A DNA stretch of 64,000 nucleotides from Candidatus Desulfatibia profunda (lineage in GTDB: Bacteria > Desulfobacterota > Desulfobacteria > Desulfobacterales > UBA11574): NCBI GenBank assembly GCA_014382665.1, contig JACNJH010000129.1:305-64304 (forward strand), read 5' to 3'. The notes beneath the pieces are model-generated. The model was not told the DNA's origin and did no database searches. It saw only the letters and a program-made list of their open reading frames with translations. Below, piece by piece: positions 52,607 to 62,735 of the stretch (position 1 is the first letter of the stretch; the number at the start of each line of letters is the position of its first letter). Made by a program: the position numbers and the translations under genes.

Positions 52607-54592
52607 ATGGCATTACCGAATAAACCTTTAGGTGAAACCAAAGCCGTCAGGGATCCGGCAGTAGAAGAGCGCGAAGTTGATATTCTGATCGTTGGCGGTG
52701 GCATGGCTGCCACCGGAACGGCTTTTGAGATCAAGAAATGGGCGCCCGACAAGAAAATCCTGCTGGTGGACAAAGCCGCCCTGGAGCGCAGCGGCGCGGT
52801 GGCTCAAGGTCTTTCCGCCATCAACACCTATATTGGAAGCGCACAGGGTGATAATACCCCGGATGACTATGTTCGCATGGTGCGCAACGACCTGATGGGT
52901 ATCGTGCGTGAAGACCTTATTTTCGACCTGGGTTGCCATGTAGACGACTCGGTCTATCTGTTCGAGGAATGGGGTCTGCCGATCTGGAAACTGTCCGAGG
53001 ACGGCAAGAAGATGGACGGTAAACGGGGTATGAAGATGGGGACCTTGAAGAGTGGGGCCAAACCTGTCCGTACCGGCAAGTGGCAGATCATGATCAACGG
53101 CGAGTCCTACAAGCGGATCGTGTCCGAAGCCGCCAAACTGGCCCTTGGAGTAGAAAACATCCTGGAGCGCGTTTTTATCGTTGAGCTGCTGCTGGACGCC
53201 AATGAAGAAAACCGCATCGCCGGTGCGGTCGGCTTCTCCGTGCGTGAAAACAAGGTATACATCATCAAATGCAACACCATGATGGTCGCCTGCGGCGGCG
53301 CCGTCAATATTTATCAGCCCCGCAGCGTCGGTGAAGGTAAGGGACGGGCCTGGTATCCGATCTGGAACGCCGGTTCCACCTATACCATGTGCATGAAGGT
53401 CGGCGCCGAGCTGACCATGATGGAAAACCGTTTCACCCCGTCGCGTTACAAAGACGGTTACGGTCCAGTGGGGGCCTGGTTCTTGCTGTTCAAGGCCAAA
53501 ACCCTCAACGGTCTGGGCGAGCTGTATGTCGCCAGCGACGCGGCCAAAAAAGAGCTTCAGAAATACGCCCCGTACGGCACCGCCGCCATTACCCCGACCT
53601 GCCTGCGGAACCACCTGATGATCTTTGAGATGAAGGAAGGCCGCGGCCCCATCATGATGGATACGGTCACGGCACTGAAGGAACTGGGCGCCAAGGTCGA
53701 CAAAAAAGAGTTCAAGGCGCTGGAATCCGAGGCCTGGGAAAACTTCCTCGATATGACCTGCGGACAGGCCAACCTGTGGTGCGGCACCAACACGGAGCCG
53801 GACAAGAAGAACTCCGAAGTTATGCCTACCGAGCCTTACCTGTTGGGATCCCATTCCGGCTGCTGCGGCCTGTGGGTTTCCGGACCCGATTTCGACTGGG
53901 TGCCCGAAGCCTACAAGATCCGCTACAAAAGCAAAGTTTACAACCGCATGACCACGGTGAACGGTCTGTTTTCCTCCGGTGACGGCGTCGGTGCCTCCGG
54001 TCACAAGTTCTCTTCCGGTTCCCATGCCGAAGGCCGCCAGGCTGCCAAGTCCATGGCCCGGTTCGTGCGCGACAATGCCGACTTCAAGCCGACCCTGAAA
54101 CAGTCCAAAGAAGAACTGGTCGACCTGGTTTACAAGCCGGTGAGACTGTTCCTGGAGCATTGCAAGTATACCACCGCCATCAATATCAACCCCAACTACC
54201 TCAAACCCGACGGGATGACTTACCGGCTCATGAAAGCCACCCATGAGTACGGCGCCGGTACGGCCACCTATTACATGACCAGCAACAAGAGCCTGGAAAT
54301 CGTGATGGATATGCTCCAGCTTATGCATGAGGACTGCGAAAAGCTGGCGGCCGGCGACCTGCACGAGCTGATGCGGGCCTGGGAAATCGAACATCGTATC
54401 TGGACGGTCGAGTCTCACCTGCGCCACATTCAGTTCCGCAAAGAAACCCGTTATCCCGGCTTCTACTATCAGGCCGACTTTCCGGGAGTAGACGACAAGA
54501 ACTGGTTCTGCTTTGTCAACTCCAAGTTCGATCCCAAAAACAAAACCTGGGATATTTTCAAGAAGGAATACATCAAGATCATCCCGGATTAA
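52607..54592 (+). CDS. aprA: adenylylsulfate reductase alpha subunit
   Basis: 661 aa with DILIVGGGMAATGTAFE FAD-binding motif and the conserved AprA pattern throughout. Confidence 0.97.
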   Translation: MALPNKPLGETKAVRDPAVEEREVDILIVGGGMAATGTAFEIKKWAPDKKILLVDKAALERSGAVAQGLSAINTYIGSAQGDNTPDDYVRMVRNDLMGIVREDLIFDLGCHVDDSVYLFEEWGLPIWKLSEDGKKMDGKRGMKMGTLKSGAKPVRTGKWQIMINGESYKRIVSEAAKLALGVENILERVFIVELLLDANEENRIAGAVGFSVRENKVYIIKCNTMMVACGGAVNIYQPRSVGEGKGRAWYPIWNAGSTYTMCMKVGAELTMMENRFTPSRYKDGYGPVGAWFLLFKAKTLNGLGELYVASDAAKKELQKYAPYGTAAITPTCLRNHLMIFEMKEGRGPIMMDTVTALKELGAKVDKKEFKALESEAWENFLDMTCGQANLWCGTNTEPDKKNSEVMPTEPYLLGSHSGCCGLWVSGPDFDWVPEAYKIRYKSKVYNRMTTVNGLFSSGDGVGASGHKFSSGSHAEGRQAAKSMARFVRDNADFKPTLKQSKEELVDLVYKPVRLFLEHCKYTTAININPNYLKPDGMTYRLMKATHEYGAGTATYYMTSNKSLEIVMDMLQLMHEDCEKLAAGDLHELMRAWEIEHRIWTVESHLRHIQFRKETRYPGFYYQADFPGVDDKNWFCFVNSKFDPKNKTWDIFKKEYIKIIPD

Positions 54593-54624
54593 TTATGGAT
54601 CGGATATAATCTAAATCGGTTACG

Positions 54625-54660
54625 CCTCCAGGCGTCATTAGGACGCCTGGAGGTTTTTAT
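54625..54660 (+). terminator. rho-independent terminator/attenuator after aprA
   Basis: CCTCCAGGCGTC-ATTAG-GACGCCTGGAGG is followed by TTTTTATT. Confidence 0.85.
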
Positions 54661-54886
54661 TAAATAAAGGTGGCTAAAAAAATCACAGTCGGCCTTTGGG
54701 CGGTTTCTTCAAGGCTTTTAGCATTGTGTCCGGATGCTCAAGGGTTTTATGACGGCCAAACCATAAAACGTTTAAGCATGGGGACATTGTTTGTCAGGGA
54801 TATCGCCTGAAGGAATCTGCTGATAATATAAATTAAAGTAAACGGTTATTCATCTATTAGAAACTTTGAATGCACGGAGGGATAGC

Positions 54887-56164
54887 ATGACAGAAGACAA
54901 AGCAGCTCCTGCGAACGGAAGCATTTTGGTAGTTGGAGGAGGGATTAGCGGGCTGACCACGGCCCTCGAAGCCGCCGAAGTGGGGTATGACGTGTTTTTG
55001 GTCGAAAAAAATCCTTACTTGGGCGGGCGAGTGGCCCAGCTAAATCAATATTTTCCCAAGCTATGCCCTCCATCTTGCGGACTGGAGATCAATTTCCGGA
55101 GAATCAAGGATAATCCGAAAATAAAGGTTCTTACCCAGGGAAAAGTCGAAAAGGTCGACGGAACTCCCGGCAACTATGACGTTACCATATCTTTAAGCCC
55201 GAGGTATGTGAACGAAAACTGTACGGCCTGCAATGATTGCGTCGATGCCTGTCCGGTGGAAAGGGACAATGAATTCAATTTTAACATGGACAAGACCAAA
55301 GCCATTTACCGGCCTTTTGAAATGGCCTTTCCCATGCGCTATGCCATTGATGGGTCTGTCTGCAAAGGCGCCGAATGCGGTGAATGCGCCAAAGTATGCA
55401 AGTACAGCGCCATCGATCTTAATATGCAGGCCCAACCCCAAAACTTAAAGGTCGGGGCCATCGTCTGGGCGACGGGCTGGCAGCCTTATGATGCCACCAA
55501 GATGGACAACTTGGGTTTCGGTCAATATCCGAACGTGATTACCAACATGATGATGGAACGGCTGGCCTCGGCCAACGGTCCGACCAAGGGTAAAATCACC
55601 CGCCCTTCGGATAACAAAGAACCCGAAAGTATCGCCTTTGTTCAGTGCGCCGGGTCCAGAGACGAAAATTATCTGCCCTATTGTTCTTATATCTGTTGTA
55701 TGGCGTCCTTGAAGCATACCACCTACATCCGGGACCAGTATCCCAATGCCAAGGTGTATATTTTTTACATCGACGTCCGGGCTCCGGGCCAGCGCTATGA
55801 AAAGTTTTATAAAAAAATCAAAGAGGATCAAAATGTCTTTCTGATCAAAGGCAAGGTTGCCGAAGTCAGCGAAGATTCTGCCACCGGCAATATCACCGTA
55901 GTGGCTGAAAACGCCGTCACCGGCGAAAAAATCTCGCAAACCGTCGAAATGGCCGTCCTCGCCACCGGTATGCAGCCCACAGCAGCAACCGCCAAGCTGC
56001 CGGCCGACCTGACCTACAACCCGGACGGCTTTATCATCAATGATTTTGAAAAAGGCGGGATGTTTGCGGCCGGATGCGCCAATAAGCCGTCCGATGTGGT
56101 GACGGCAAATCAGAATGCAACCGGCATGGCCCTTAAAGCGATTCAAACCCTGGTGAGGAAGTAG
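54887..56164 (+). CDS. qmoA: quinone-interacting membrane-bound oxidoreductase subunit QmoA (HdrA-like)
   Basis: ILVVGGGISGLTTALEAAE FAD motif, HdrA-like, following aprBA. ATG 54887 is preceded by GGAGGG. Confidence 0.9.
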   Translation: MTEDKAAPANGSILVVGGGISGLTTALEAAEVGYDVFLVEKNPYLGGRVAQLNQYFPKLCPPSCGLEINFRRIKDNPKIKVLTQGKVEKVDGTPGNYDVTISLSPRYVNENCTACNDCVDACPVERDNEFNFNMDKTKAIYRPFEMAFPMRYAIDGSVCKGAECGECAKVCKYSAIDLNMQAQPQNLKVGAIVWATGWQPYDATKMDNLGFGQYPNVITNMMMERLASANGPTKGKITRPSDNKEPESIAFVQCAGSRDENYLPYCSYICCMASLKHTTYIRDQYPNAKVYIFYIDVRAPGQRYEKFYKKIKEDQNVFLIKGKVAEVSEDSATGNITVVAENAVTGEKISQTVEMAVLATGMQPTAATAKLPADLTYNPDGFIINDFEKGGMFAAGCANKPSDVVTANQNATGMALKAIQTLVRK

Positions 56165-56174
56165 GAGGTTATCC

Positions 56175-58514
56175 ATGGATAAAAAATATGGTGTCTATAT
56201 TTGCACAGGTTGCGGCATCGGAGATGCCCTAATAATGGAAGAGCTGTGTGCAGTCCCTGAAGAAGAAGGTTTTGCGGTCAAAACCCACCCGTTTCTGTGC
56301 GCAAAGGAAGGGGTTGAACTTTTAAAGAAAGATATCGCCGAGGACGGCGTCAACACCCTGGTGATCGCCGCCTGTTCCCGCCGGGTCAATTATGACGTCT
56401 TCAAATTTGAGGGCTGTATCGTTGACCGGGTGAACCTGCGTGAACAGGTGGTCTGGTCTCATCCCCGATCCGAATTTTTGGCACTTACCGAAGACCAAAA
56501 AGGCGATGGAGAGAGCTTTGACCGTGTTCAGATGCTGGCGGAAGATTATCTGAAAATGGGTATGATCAAAGTGAAGAAGATCACCCTGCCGGAGCCGTAT
56601 AAACTGGAGACCCTGAGCAAAAAGATTCTGGTAATCGGCGGCGGCATCACCGGTATTTCAGCCGCCATCGATGCGGCCAAGGCCGGTTATGCGGTCACCA
56701 TCGTTGAAAAAGAATCATCCCTGGGCGGCTATGCAGCCAAAGTCCGCAAACAACTGCCTACGGAAGATCCCTATGAAACCCTGATTCCGCCGGTGATTGC
56801 CGGCAAGATCAAAGAACTTGAAGCCTATGACAACATTACCGTAAAAACCGAAACCGTTGTCGCCCGTCTGGCCGGTGAGCCGGGGAACTTTACCGTGACC
56901 CTTAAAAAGCCCGGTGAAAAGATCAAGTTTGATGTTCCCTACCCGCTGCCGGACGAGATGAAGTTCGATGAAAAGGGCAAAGAACTGGATGTTGAAGCCC
57001 AGCACAAACGCTACCTGGAATATAACGAGGGCAAGGTCGACATTCTGCAGTTTGACCCTGATGGCGAGAAGTTCGGAGCCGTCGTCCTGGCGGCCGGATG
57101 GCGTCCGTACAAACCGGAAGGCAATGAATTGGCCCATTTGGGTTTCGGGGAGCTGCCCGATGTGGTCACCAACCACCAGTTTGAGCAAATCGCCGCCAAG
57201 GGCAAGATTACCAGGCCGTCGGACGGCAAAGAAGCCAAGTCTGTTGTCTTTGTCCAGAGCCCCGGCAAGGGTGAAGATGATGCCGATTTTGATTATTGCG
57301 GCTCGGTCACCAGCCTGGTAGCCCTCAAGCAGGCCAAATATGTGCGCGAGGATTATAATGACGGCAAGGCCTACATTTTTTACCAGCATATGCGCACCCC
57401 GGGTCTGAGCGAAAACTTCTACAAGAGCATCCAGCAGGATCAGGGCATCTTTATGACCAAAGGTGAAGTTATCAGTGTCTCCAAAAACGGTGACGGCATG
57501 ATCGTCGAAGCGGACAATACACTCCTGGGAGAAAAGGTCAAGGTCAAAGCCGATCTGGTGGTTCTGGCCACCGGCATGGTTCCGGCAACTGCTGACGACC
57601 CGGTGGTCAACATGGCATATCGCCAGGGCCCGGCGTTCCGGGACATTGGTCTTTTTAAGGGATACTGCGATTCGAATTTCATCTGCTTTCCGTATGAAAC
57701 CCAGCGTACCGGGATTTATGCGGCCGGCTGCATCCGGCGCAGCATGACCATGGAAGAATCCATGGAAGACGCCACCGGCGCCGCCCTCAAAGCGATTCAA
57801 TGCATTGAATCGGTCAACCGCGGCGTTGCCGTGCACCCAAGGTCCGGCGACATGAGCTTCCCCGACTTCTTCTTTGAAAGATGCACCCAATGCAAGCGCT
57901 GTACCGCCGAGTGCCCTTTTGGCGCCCTGGATGATGATGAAAAGGGAACACCCAAGCTGAACCCGGCGCGCTGCCGGCGCTGCGCCACCTGTATGGGAGC
58001 CTGCCCAGAGCGTATCATCGGCTTCGCCGACTACAATATCGACAGCATCGGGTCGATGGTCAAAGCCATCCGCGTGCCCTCGGAAGACGATTATTACGCA
58101 CCTCCCTTTAGGATCGTCGGATTTGTGTGTGAAAACGATGCCTACCCGGCCCTGGATATCGCCGGCCTAAACCGGCTCTCCTATTCGGCCGAGGTCCGGT
58201 TCATTCCGATTCGATGCTTAGGGTCCATGAACGTAATCTGGATCAAGGACGCATTGGCCCAGGGCATGGACGGGGCCTTTTTGCTGGGCTGCAAGCACGG
58301 CGACGACTACCAGTGCCATTTTGTAAAGGGGAGCGAACTTGCGGAGATCAGAATGCAGAAGATCGGGGATGCCCTGGCGAGCCTGGCTTTGGAAAATGAG
58401 CGCGTGGCCCAGTTCCAGGTGGCCATCGACGAGTACGATAAGCTTCCAAAAATGATTAACGATTTTGTGGCATCCGTAGAAGCGCTCGGCCCCAACCCGT
58501 TCAAGGGATTCTAG
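56175..58514 (+). CDS. qmoB: QmoB (HdrA-like with ferredoxin and MvhD-like C-terminus)
   Basis: ILVIGGGITGISAAIDAAK, CTQCKRCTAECP/CRRCATCMGACP, and an MvhD-like C-terminal domain. Confidence 0.9.
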   Translation: MDKKYGVYICTGCGIGDALIMEELCAVPEEEGFAVKTHPFLCAKEGVELLKKDIAEDGVNTLVIAACSRRVNYDVFKFEGCIVDRVNLREQVVWSHPRSEFLALTEDQKGDGESFDRVQMLAEDYLKMGMIKVKKITLPEPYKLETLSKKILVIGGGITGISAAIDAAKAGYAVTIVEKESSLGGYAAKVRKQLPTEDPYETLIPPVIAGKIKELEAYDNITVKTETVVARLAGEPGNFTVTLKKPGEKIKFDVPYPLPDEMKFDEKGKELDVEAQHKRYLEYNEGKVDILQFDPDGEKFGAVVLAAGWRPYKPEGNELAHLGFGELPDVVTNHQFEQIAAKGKITRPSDGKEAKSVVFVQSPGKGEDDADFDYCGSVTSLVALKQAKYVREDYNDGKAYIFYQHMRTPGLSENFYKSIQQDQGIFMTKGEVISVSKNGDGMIVEADNTLLGEKVKVKADLVVLATGMVPATADDPVVNMAYRQGPAFRDIGLFKGYCDSNFICFPYETQRTGIYAAGCIRRSMTMEESMEDATGAALKAIQCIESVNRGVAVHPRSGDMSFPDFFFERCTQCKRCTAECPFGALDDDEKGTPKLNPARCRRCATCMGACPERIIGFADYNIDSIGSMVKAIRVPSEDDYYAPPFRIVGFVCENDAYPALDIAGLNRLSYSAEVRFIPIRCLGSMNVIWIKDALAQGMDGAFLLGCKHGDDYQCHFVKGSELAEIRMQKIGDALASLALENERVAQFQVAIDEYDKLPKMINDFVASVEALGPNPFKGF

Positions 58515-58515
58515 T

Positions 58516-58570
58516 GATTGTTGATTGACGATTGACGTCGCTGTTCATCGATCAATCGTCAATCAACAAT
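58516..58570. repeat. heptamer-word hairpin in the qmoB-qmoC spacer
   Basis: GATTGTT GATTGAC GATTGACG (58516-58537) pairs with CGATCAAT CGTCAAT CAACAAT (58549-58570). About 19 bp pair, with an 11-nt loop. Confidence 0.85.
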
Positions 58571-58602
58571 ATTCAATATTGATTGTACGAGGAGGTAGTC
58601 TT

Positions 58603-59742
58603 ATGACGGATAAATACCTGATTGAGCCTGATGTAAACTTTATTAAGGAAATCGTCGGGCTTGGGGGCGACACCCTGAAAAAGTGCTTTCAATGCGCAAC
58701 CTGTTCGGTGGTCTGCCCTATATCTCCGGACACCAAGCCTTTTCCCAGAAAGGAGATGATTGCGGCATCCTGGGGATTGAAGGACAGACTGGTCGGCAAT
58801 CTCGACATCTGGCTGTGCCATCATTGCGGGGATTGTACCACCAGGTGCCCGCGCGGCGCCAAACCGGGTGAAGTGCTGTCCGCTGTTCGCTCTTACGCCA
58901 TCACCGAATACGCTGTTCCCAAAGCCATCGGAAAGGCGGTGAATGATCCCAAGATGCTCCCCTTGCTCTTAGCGATTCCCACGGTACTGTTTCTGGTTTT
59001 GGGTCGTATCACCGGTTTGCTCAATTTTTCACCGCCGCTGGGGGAACACGGGATTGCCCACCATCTGTTCTTTTCCACCTGGCTGGTGGATATGATTTTC
59101 GTCCCGCTGGCGGCCTGGGTTGTGGTGATTTTCGCTATGGGCCTGAAGCGATTTATCAAGGACATCCATGAAAACGCCGTCCTCGAAGGCAAAACCGACA
59201 AACAGGAACTTGAATACGGTGGTCTGCTCAAGGCGTTGATTTGCCTTATACCCACCATCTTAAAACAGGATAAGTTTGCAGAATGTTCGGAAAATAAAGA
59301 CCGCGACGTTGCCCACTGGATGGTCTTTTTGTCGTTTATCGCGCTTTTTATCGTTACCAACATTTTCTTTGTTACCCTCTACGGGCTTCAAATTCACGGT
59401 CCCTATTCCCAGTTGAACCCGGTTAAGTGGCTCGCGAATATCGGTGGGGTGGCCCTTGTTATCGGGAGTATCCTGTTGATCAAAAACCGTTTGGCCAAAA
59501 CGGATCAGACCAGCGTTTACAAAGACTGGTATCTGCTGGGACTTGTTCTGGGATTGGGCCTCACCGGCATGCTGACCGAAATGACGCGTCTGGCCGGTAT
59601 GGCCGGGGTGAGCTACTTTATTTATTTTGTCCATCTGGTGTTTGTGTTCAACCTGTTTGCATTTTTACCGTTTTCAAAACTGGCGCATCTGGTTTATCGA
59701 ACCGTGGCCCTGACCTACAATGAGTGGTCGGGCAGAAAATAA
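58603..59742 (+). CDS. qmoC: QmoC (HdrC-like Fe-S domain fused to HdrE-like membrane cytochrome b)
   Basis: CFQCATCSVVCP and CHHCGDCTTRCP motifs, followed by multiple TM helices. ATG 58603 is preceded by GAGGAGG. Confidence 0.9.
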   Translation: MTDKYLIEPDVNFIKEIVGLGGDTLKKCFQCATCSVVCPISPDTKPFPRKEMIAASWGLKDRLVGNLDIWLCHHCGDCTTRCPRGAKPGEVLSAVRSYAITEYAVPKAIGKAVNDPKMLPLLLAIPTVLFLVLGRITGLLNFSPPLGEHGIAHHLFFSTWLVDMIFVPLAAWVVVIFAMGLKRFIKDIHENAVLEGKTDKQELEYGGLLKALICLIPTILKQDKFAECSENKDRDVAHWMVFLSFIALFIVTNIFFVTLYGLQIHGPYSQLNPVKWLANIGGVALVIGSILLIKNRLAKTDQTSVYKDWYLLGLVLGLGLTGMLTEMTRLAGMAGVSYFIYFVHLVFVFNLFAFLPFSKLAHLVYRTVALTYNEWSGRK

Positions 59743-59774
59743 CCGTAAACCATAAAACAGCAAACGCTCACCTC

Positions 59775-59812
59775 GAAGGGGATACAAAAAATGTATCCCC
59801 TTTCTTTATTTG
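59775..59812 (+). terminator. rho-independent terminator after qmoC
   Basis: GAAGGGGATAC-AAAAAAT-GTATCCCCTTTC is followed by a T-rich tract. Confidence 0.8.
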
Positions 59813-59881
59813 CGCCCCTTTGATTCAGCCGCGTAAAATAGTTATTTGCTTATTTACGGATGTCCCGGATATTCCGATTGT

Positions 59882-59989
59882 CACCGCAACCGGTAGGCTT
59901 CCATATGTTGTGGTTTATCGAATTCCATACCCAATCAGATTTTTTAGATACAACCTTACCCAAAAAGGGAATTCTGGTACTCTTATCAA
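59882..59989 (-). repeat. 108-nt conserved element, copy B (inverted relative to 6433-6540)
   Basis: The reverse complement aligns with 6433-6540. Identical blocks are TTGATAAGAGTACCAGAATTC, TGTATC, TCTGATTG and CAACATATGGAAGCCT. It ends ~150 nt upstream of the helicase start. Confidence 0.85.
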
Positions 59990-60140
59990 TTTCTATCGGT
60001 CGTGTTGGCGTTATGTATCCGAATGTGCATGAAAATCGTTTTGAAAGTCCTCTTTACAATCCCCGCACATATTGATAAGCATTCCACCAGGCTGAACAGG
60101 GCGGCTCAGCTCAATACCATTTTATTCATTTTTAGGCCTT

Positions 60141-62687
60141 ATGAGGAATGATGCATTTTCATCAATTCAGAAAAATCCCATGAGCGACACTGTTGACAAC
60201 CCGCAGTTGCAGCTAGCTTTTGATTTTGTGCAGCACACTGGTAAAAACCTGTTTCTCACCGGCAAGGCCGGCACCGGTAAAACCACTTTTCTGCGCACTT
60301 TGAAAGAACGGTCACCCAAGCGCATGATCGTGGTGGCGCCTACTGGGGTGGCCGCCATCAATGCCGGCGGGGTCACCATCCATTCGTTCTTCCAGATGCC
60401 GTTCGGCCCCCTGGTGCCCGACGTTAATCCCCTTGACGGCAGTGGTGATGCCGGCCGGCCCCGAAGCCAGTTCCGCTTCAGCAAAGAAAAAATCAACATC
60501 ATCCGCAGCCTGGACCTGCTGGTCATCGATGAGATCAGTATGGTCCGCGCCGACCTGCTCGACGGCATCGACGCCGTTCTGCGGCGCTTGCGTGCCAGCA
60601 GCATTCCTTTCGGCGGCGTGCAGCTGCTGCTGATCGGCGATCTGCTGCAACTGGTGCCGGTGGTCAAAGTCGACGAATGGGAAATCCTGCGTCGCCATTA
60701 CGACACCATATTTTTCTTCAGCAGTCGAGCCCTGGCCGCGGCCCGATTCGTGAGCATCGAGCTGAAGCATATTTACCGGCAAAGCGATACGCGCTTCATT
60801 GATTTGCTGGGCAAGGTCCGCGACAACCGCATGGATGCCCAGACCCTGTTCGCGCTGAACAAGCGCTACGATCCGGTCTTTGCCAAAGAATCCCCCGAAG
60901 GCTATATCACCCTCGCCACCCATAATTACCAGGCCCAACAGATCAACGAGGCCCGGCTGGCCGCATTGCCCGGCCGGGAGAGAAGATTTGAAGCGGTGGT
61001 TGAAGGGGATTTTCCACCCTATGCCTTTCCGACCCCCTCCGAACTGGTGCTCAAGTCCGGAGCCCAGGTGATGTTTATCAAAAATGACAGTTCTCCAGAA
61101 AAACGGTACTACAACGGCAAAATCGGCCGTCTGAAACGGATCGCCGGGGATGAGCTGACAGTTGAATGTCCGGACAGCGCCGATCCCATTACCGTTGCCA
61201 AAGCCGAGTGGCGCAATGTCAAATATACACTCAACGAGGAGACCAAAGAGATTGAAGAAACCGAATCCGGCAAATTCATTCAGTTTCCTTTGAAACTGGC
61301 CTGGGCCATCACCATTCACAAGAGCCAGGGCCTGACCTTTGACAAGGCGATTATCGATGCCCGGGCCGCCTTTGCCGACGGCCAGGTCTATGTGGCCTTA
61401 AGCCGCTGCCGAACCCTCGACAGCCTGGTGCTCAGCACCCCCATCGAAAGCAGCAGCATTAAAAGCAACGATGTGGTGCAAGCCTTTACCGGTGCCATTG
61501 AGCAAAACCCGCCTAGTCAAGCCCAGCTCAGGGACGGCAAGCGGGAATACCAACTGGCGCTCCTGGATGAGCTGTTCGATTTTACGATCCTGTGGCGCCG
61601 CCTGCTCACTTGCATCAAAATCTCTAATGAATACAAAAGCATTCTGACCAGCCCCGCCCCTTCTTTCTTCGGCCGCATCGTGGAACCCGTAAAAGCGCAG
61701 TTAACCGAGGTCGCGGACAAATTCGCCATCCAGCGACGGAACATCGTCAAGGATGTGGCAGATCCCGAAGCCAGCCCGCATCTTCAGGAACGGGTGGCCA
61801 AGGCCGCCGCCTATTTTGCCGACAAGATCGAATCGCTGGTGGGCGAGCCCCTGCGTGGCCTCGCGGTTGAAACTGATAACCGGGACGCACGCAAGACGTT
61901 GACCAAAGCCATCAACGCTGTCCGTGAAGAAACGGCCGCAAAGTTTTACTGTCTCAACGAATGCCGCGCGGGCATCGTGTTTGCCGATTATCTCAAGGCA
62001 CGTGCCCGATCCTTGTTCCAGGAAGGGCCGACCAAAGCCGGGCGCATGCAAGCCGAAAACCAGCCTTCTGAAGCCATCGATCATCCTGCACTTTACCGCA
62101 TGCTCAAGCAGTGGCGGGCTGATCAAGCTGAAAAAACTGGCCGGCCGGCATTCTGGGTGCTGCACAACACAACCCTAGCCGCCATCGCTGCCAAGCTGCC
62201 GGCAACCCGTCAGGAACTGGGCGCCATCAAAGGGTTGAAAGGAAAAAAAGGCAAAATTTTCGGCGATGAAATTCTAAAGATAGTGGCCCGATATCGGTCG
62301 GAAAACAACCTGCCCCCGCCGGAACCGGAGCCCGCTGGATCGGAAGACGAACCGGTCGATAAAAGAAAGGAAAAATCGAAAACCAAAGATGAATCGCTGC
62401 GCCTGTTTCTGGAACGCAGGAGCGTGTCGGAGGTTGCCGAAGCCCGGGGACTGGCCCTATCCACCATCGAAGGCCATCTGGCGCATTTTGTAGGCACCGG
62501 CCAGCTGGGCATCCATCGCCTGGTGGAACCGGCCAAGGCCGCCCGCATCGCCGCCTATTTCCAAAGCAGCCGGAACCCGCTGCTGGCCCCGGCCAAAGCG
62601 GCCCTGGGCGATGACGTATCCTACAGCGAGATGCGGTTCGTGCTGAAGGAGCTTGAACGTAATGGGGAAATAAAGCCATCACATTAG
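60141..62687 (+). CDS. Pif1/RecD-family helicase with C-terminal HRDC and HTH domains
   Basis: Walker A LTGKAGTGKTTFL, then VVAPTGVAAINAGGVTIHSFF, DEISMV, and later an HRDC-like region (ALYRMLKQWRADQAEKTGRPAFWVLHNTTL). The start could be ATG 60141 or ATG 60180. Confidence 0.8.
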   Translation: MRNDAFSSIQKNPMSDTVDNPQLQLAFDFVQHTGKNLFLTGKAGTGKTTFLRTLKERSPKRMIVVAPTGVAAINAGGVTIHSFFQMPFGPLVPDVNPLDGSGDAGRPRSQFRFSKEKINIIRSLDLLVIDEISMVRADLLDGIDAVLRRLRASSIPFGGVQLLLIGDLLQLVPVVKVDEWEILRRHYDTIFFFSSRALAAARFVSIELKHIYRQSDTRFIDLLGKVRDNRMDAQTLFALNKRYDPVFAKESPEGYITLATHNYQAQQINEARLAALPGRERRFEAVVEGDFPPYAFPTPSELVLKSGAQVMFIKNDSSPEKRYYNGKIGRLKRIAGDELTVECPDSADPITVAKAEWRNVKYTLNEETKEIEETESGKFIQFPLKLAWAITIHKSQGLTFDKAIIDARAAFADGQVYVALSRCRTLDSLVLSTPIESSSIKSNDVVQAFTGAIEQNPPSQAQLRDGKREYQLALLDELFDFTILWRRLLTCIKISNEYKSILTSPAPSFFGRIVEPVKAQLTEVADKFAIQRRNIVKDVADPEASPHLQERVAKAAAYFADKIESLVGEPLRGLAVETDNRDARKTLTKAINAVREETAAKFYCLNECRAGIVFADYLKARARSLFQEGPTKAGRMQAENQPSEAIDHPALYRMLKQWRADQAEKTGRPAFWVLHNTTLAAIAAKLPATRQELGAIKGLKGKKGKIFGDEILKIVARYRSENNLPPPEPEPAGSEDEPVDKRKEKSKTKDESLRLFLERRSVSEVAEARGLALSTIEGHLAHFVGTGQLGIHRLVEPAKAARIAAYFQSSRNPLLAPAKAALGDDVSYSEMRFVLKELERNGEIKPSH

Positions 62688-62735
62688 ATGAATGACGGGC
62701 CGATAGATATGGGCGAGCGTTTTCCCGGGAACATA

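Noticed and set aside
52628-54427. 599-aa ORF on the minus strand, antisense to aprA
   Set aside because: The plus-strand aprA identity is unambiguous. The antisense translation is low-complexity (rich in G, H, V and A) with no recognisable motifs, which is typical of a shadow ORF in a gene with GC-biased third positions.
55445-57890. Long minus-strand ORFs (243 aa and 391 aa) antisense to qmoA and qmoB
   Set aside because: These are shadow ORFs for the same reason. qmoA and qmoB on the plus strand carry clear FAD and Fe-S motifs.
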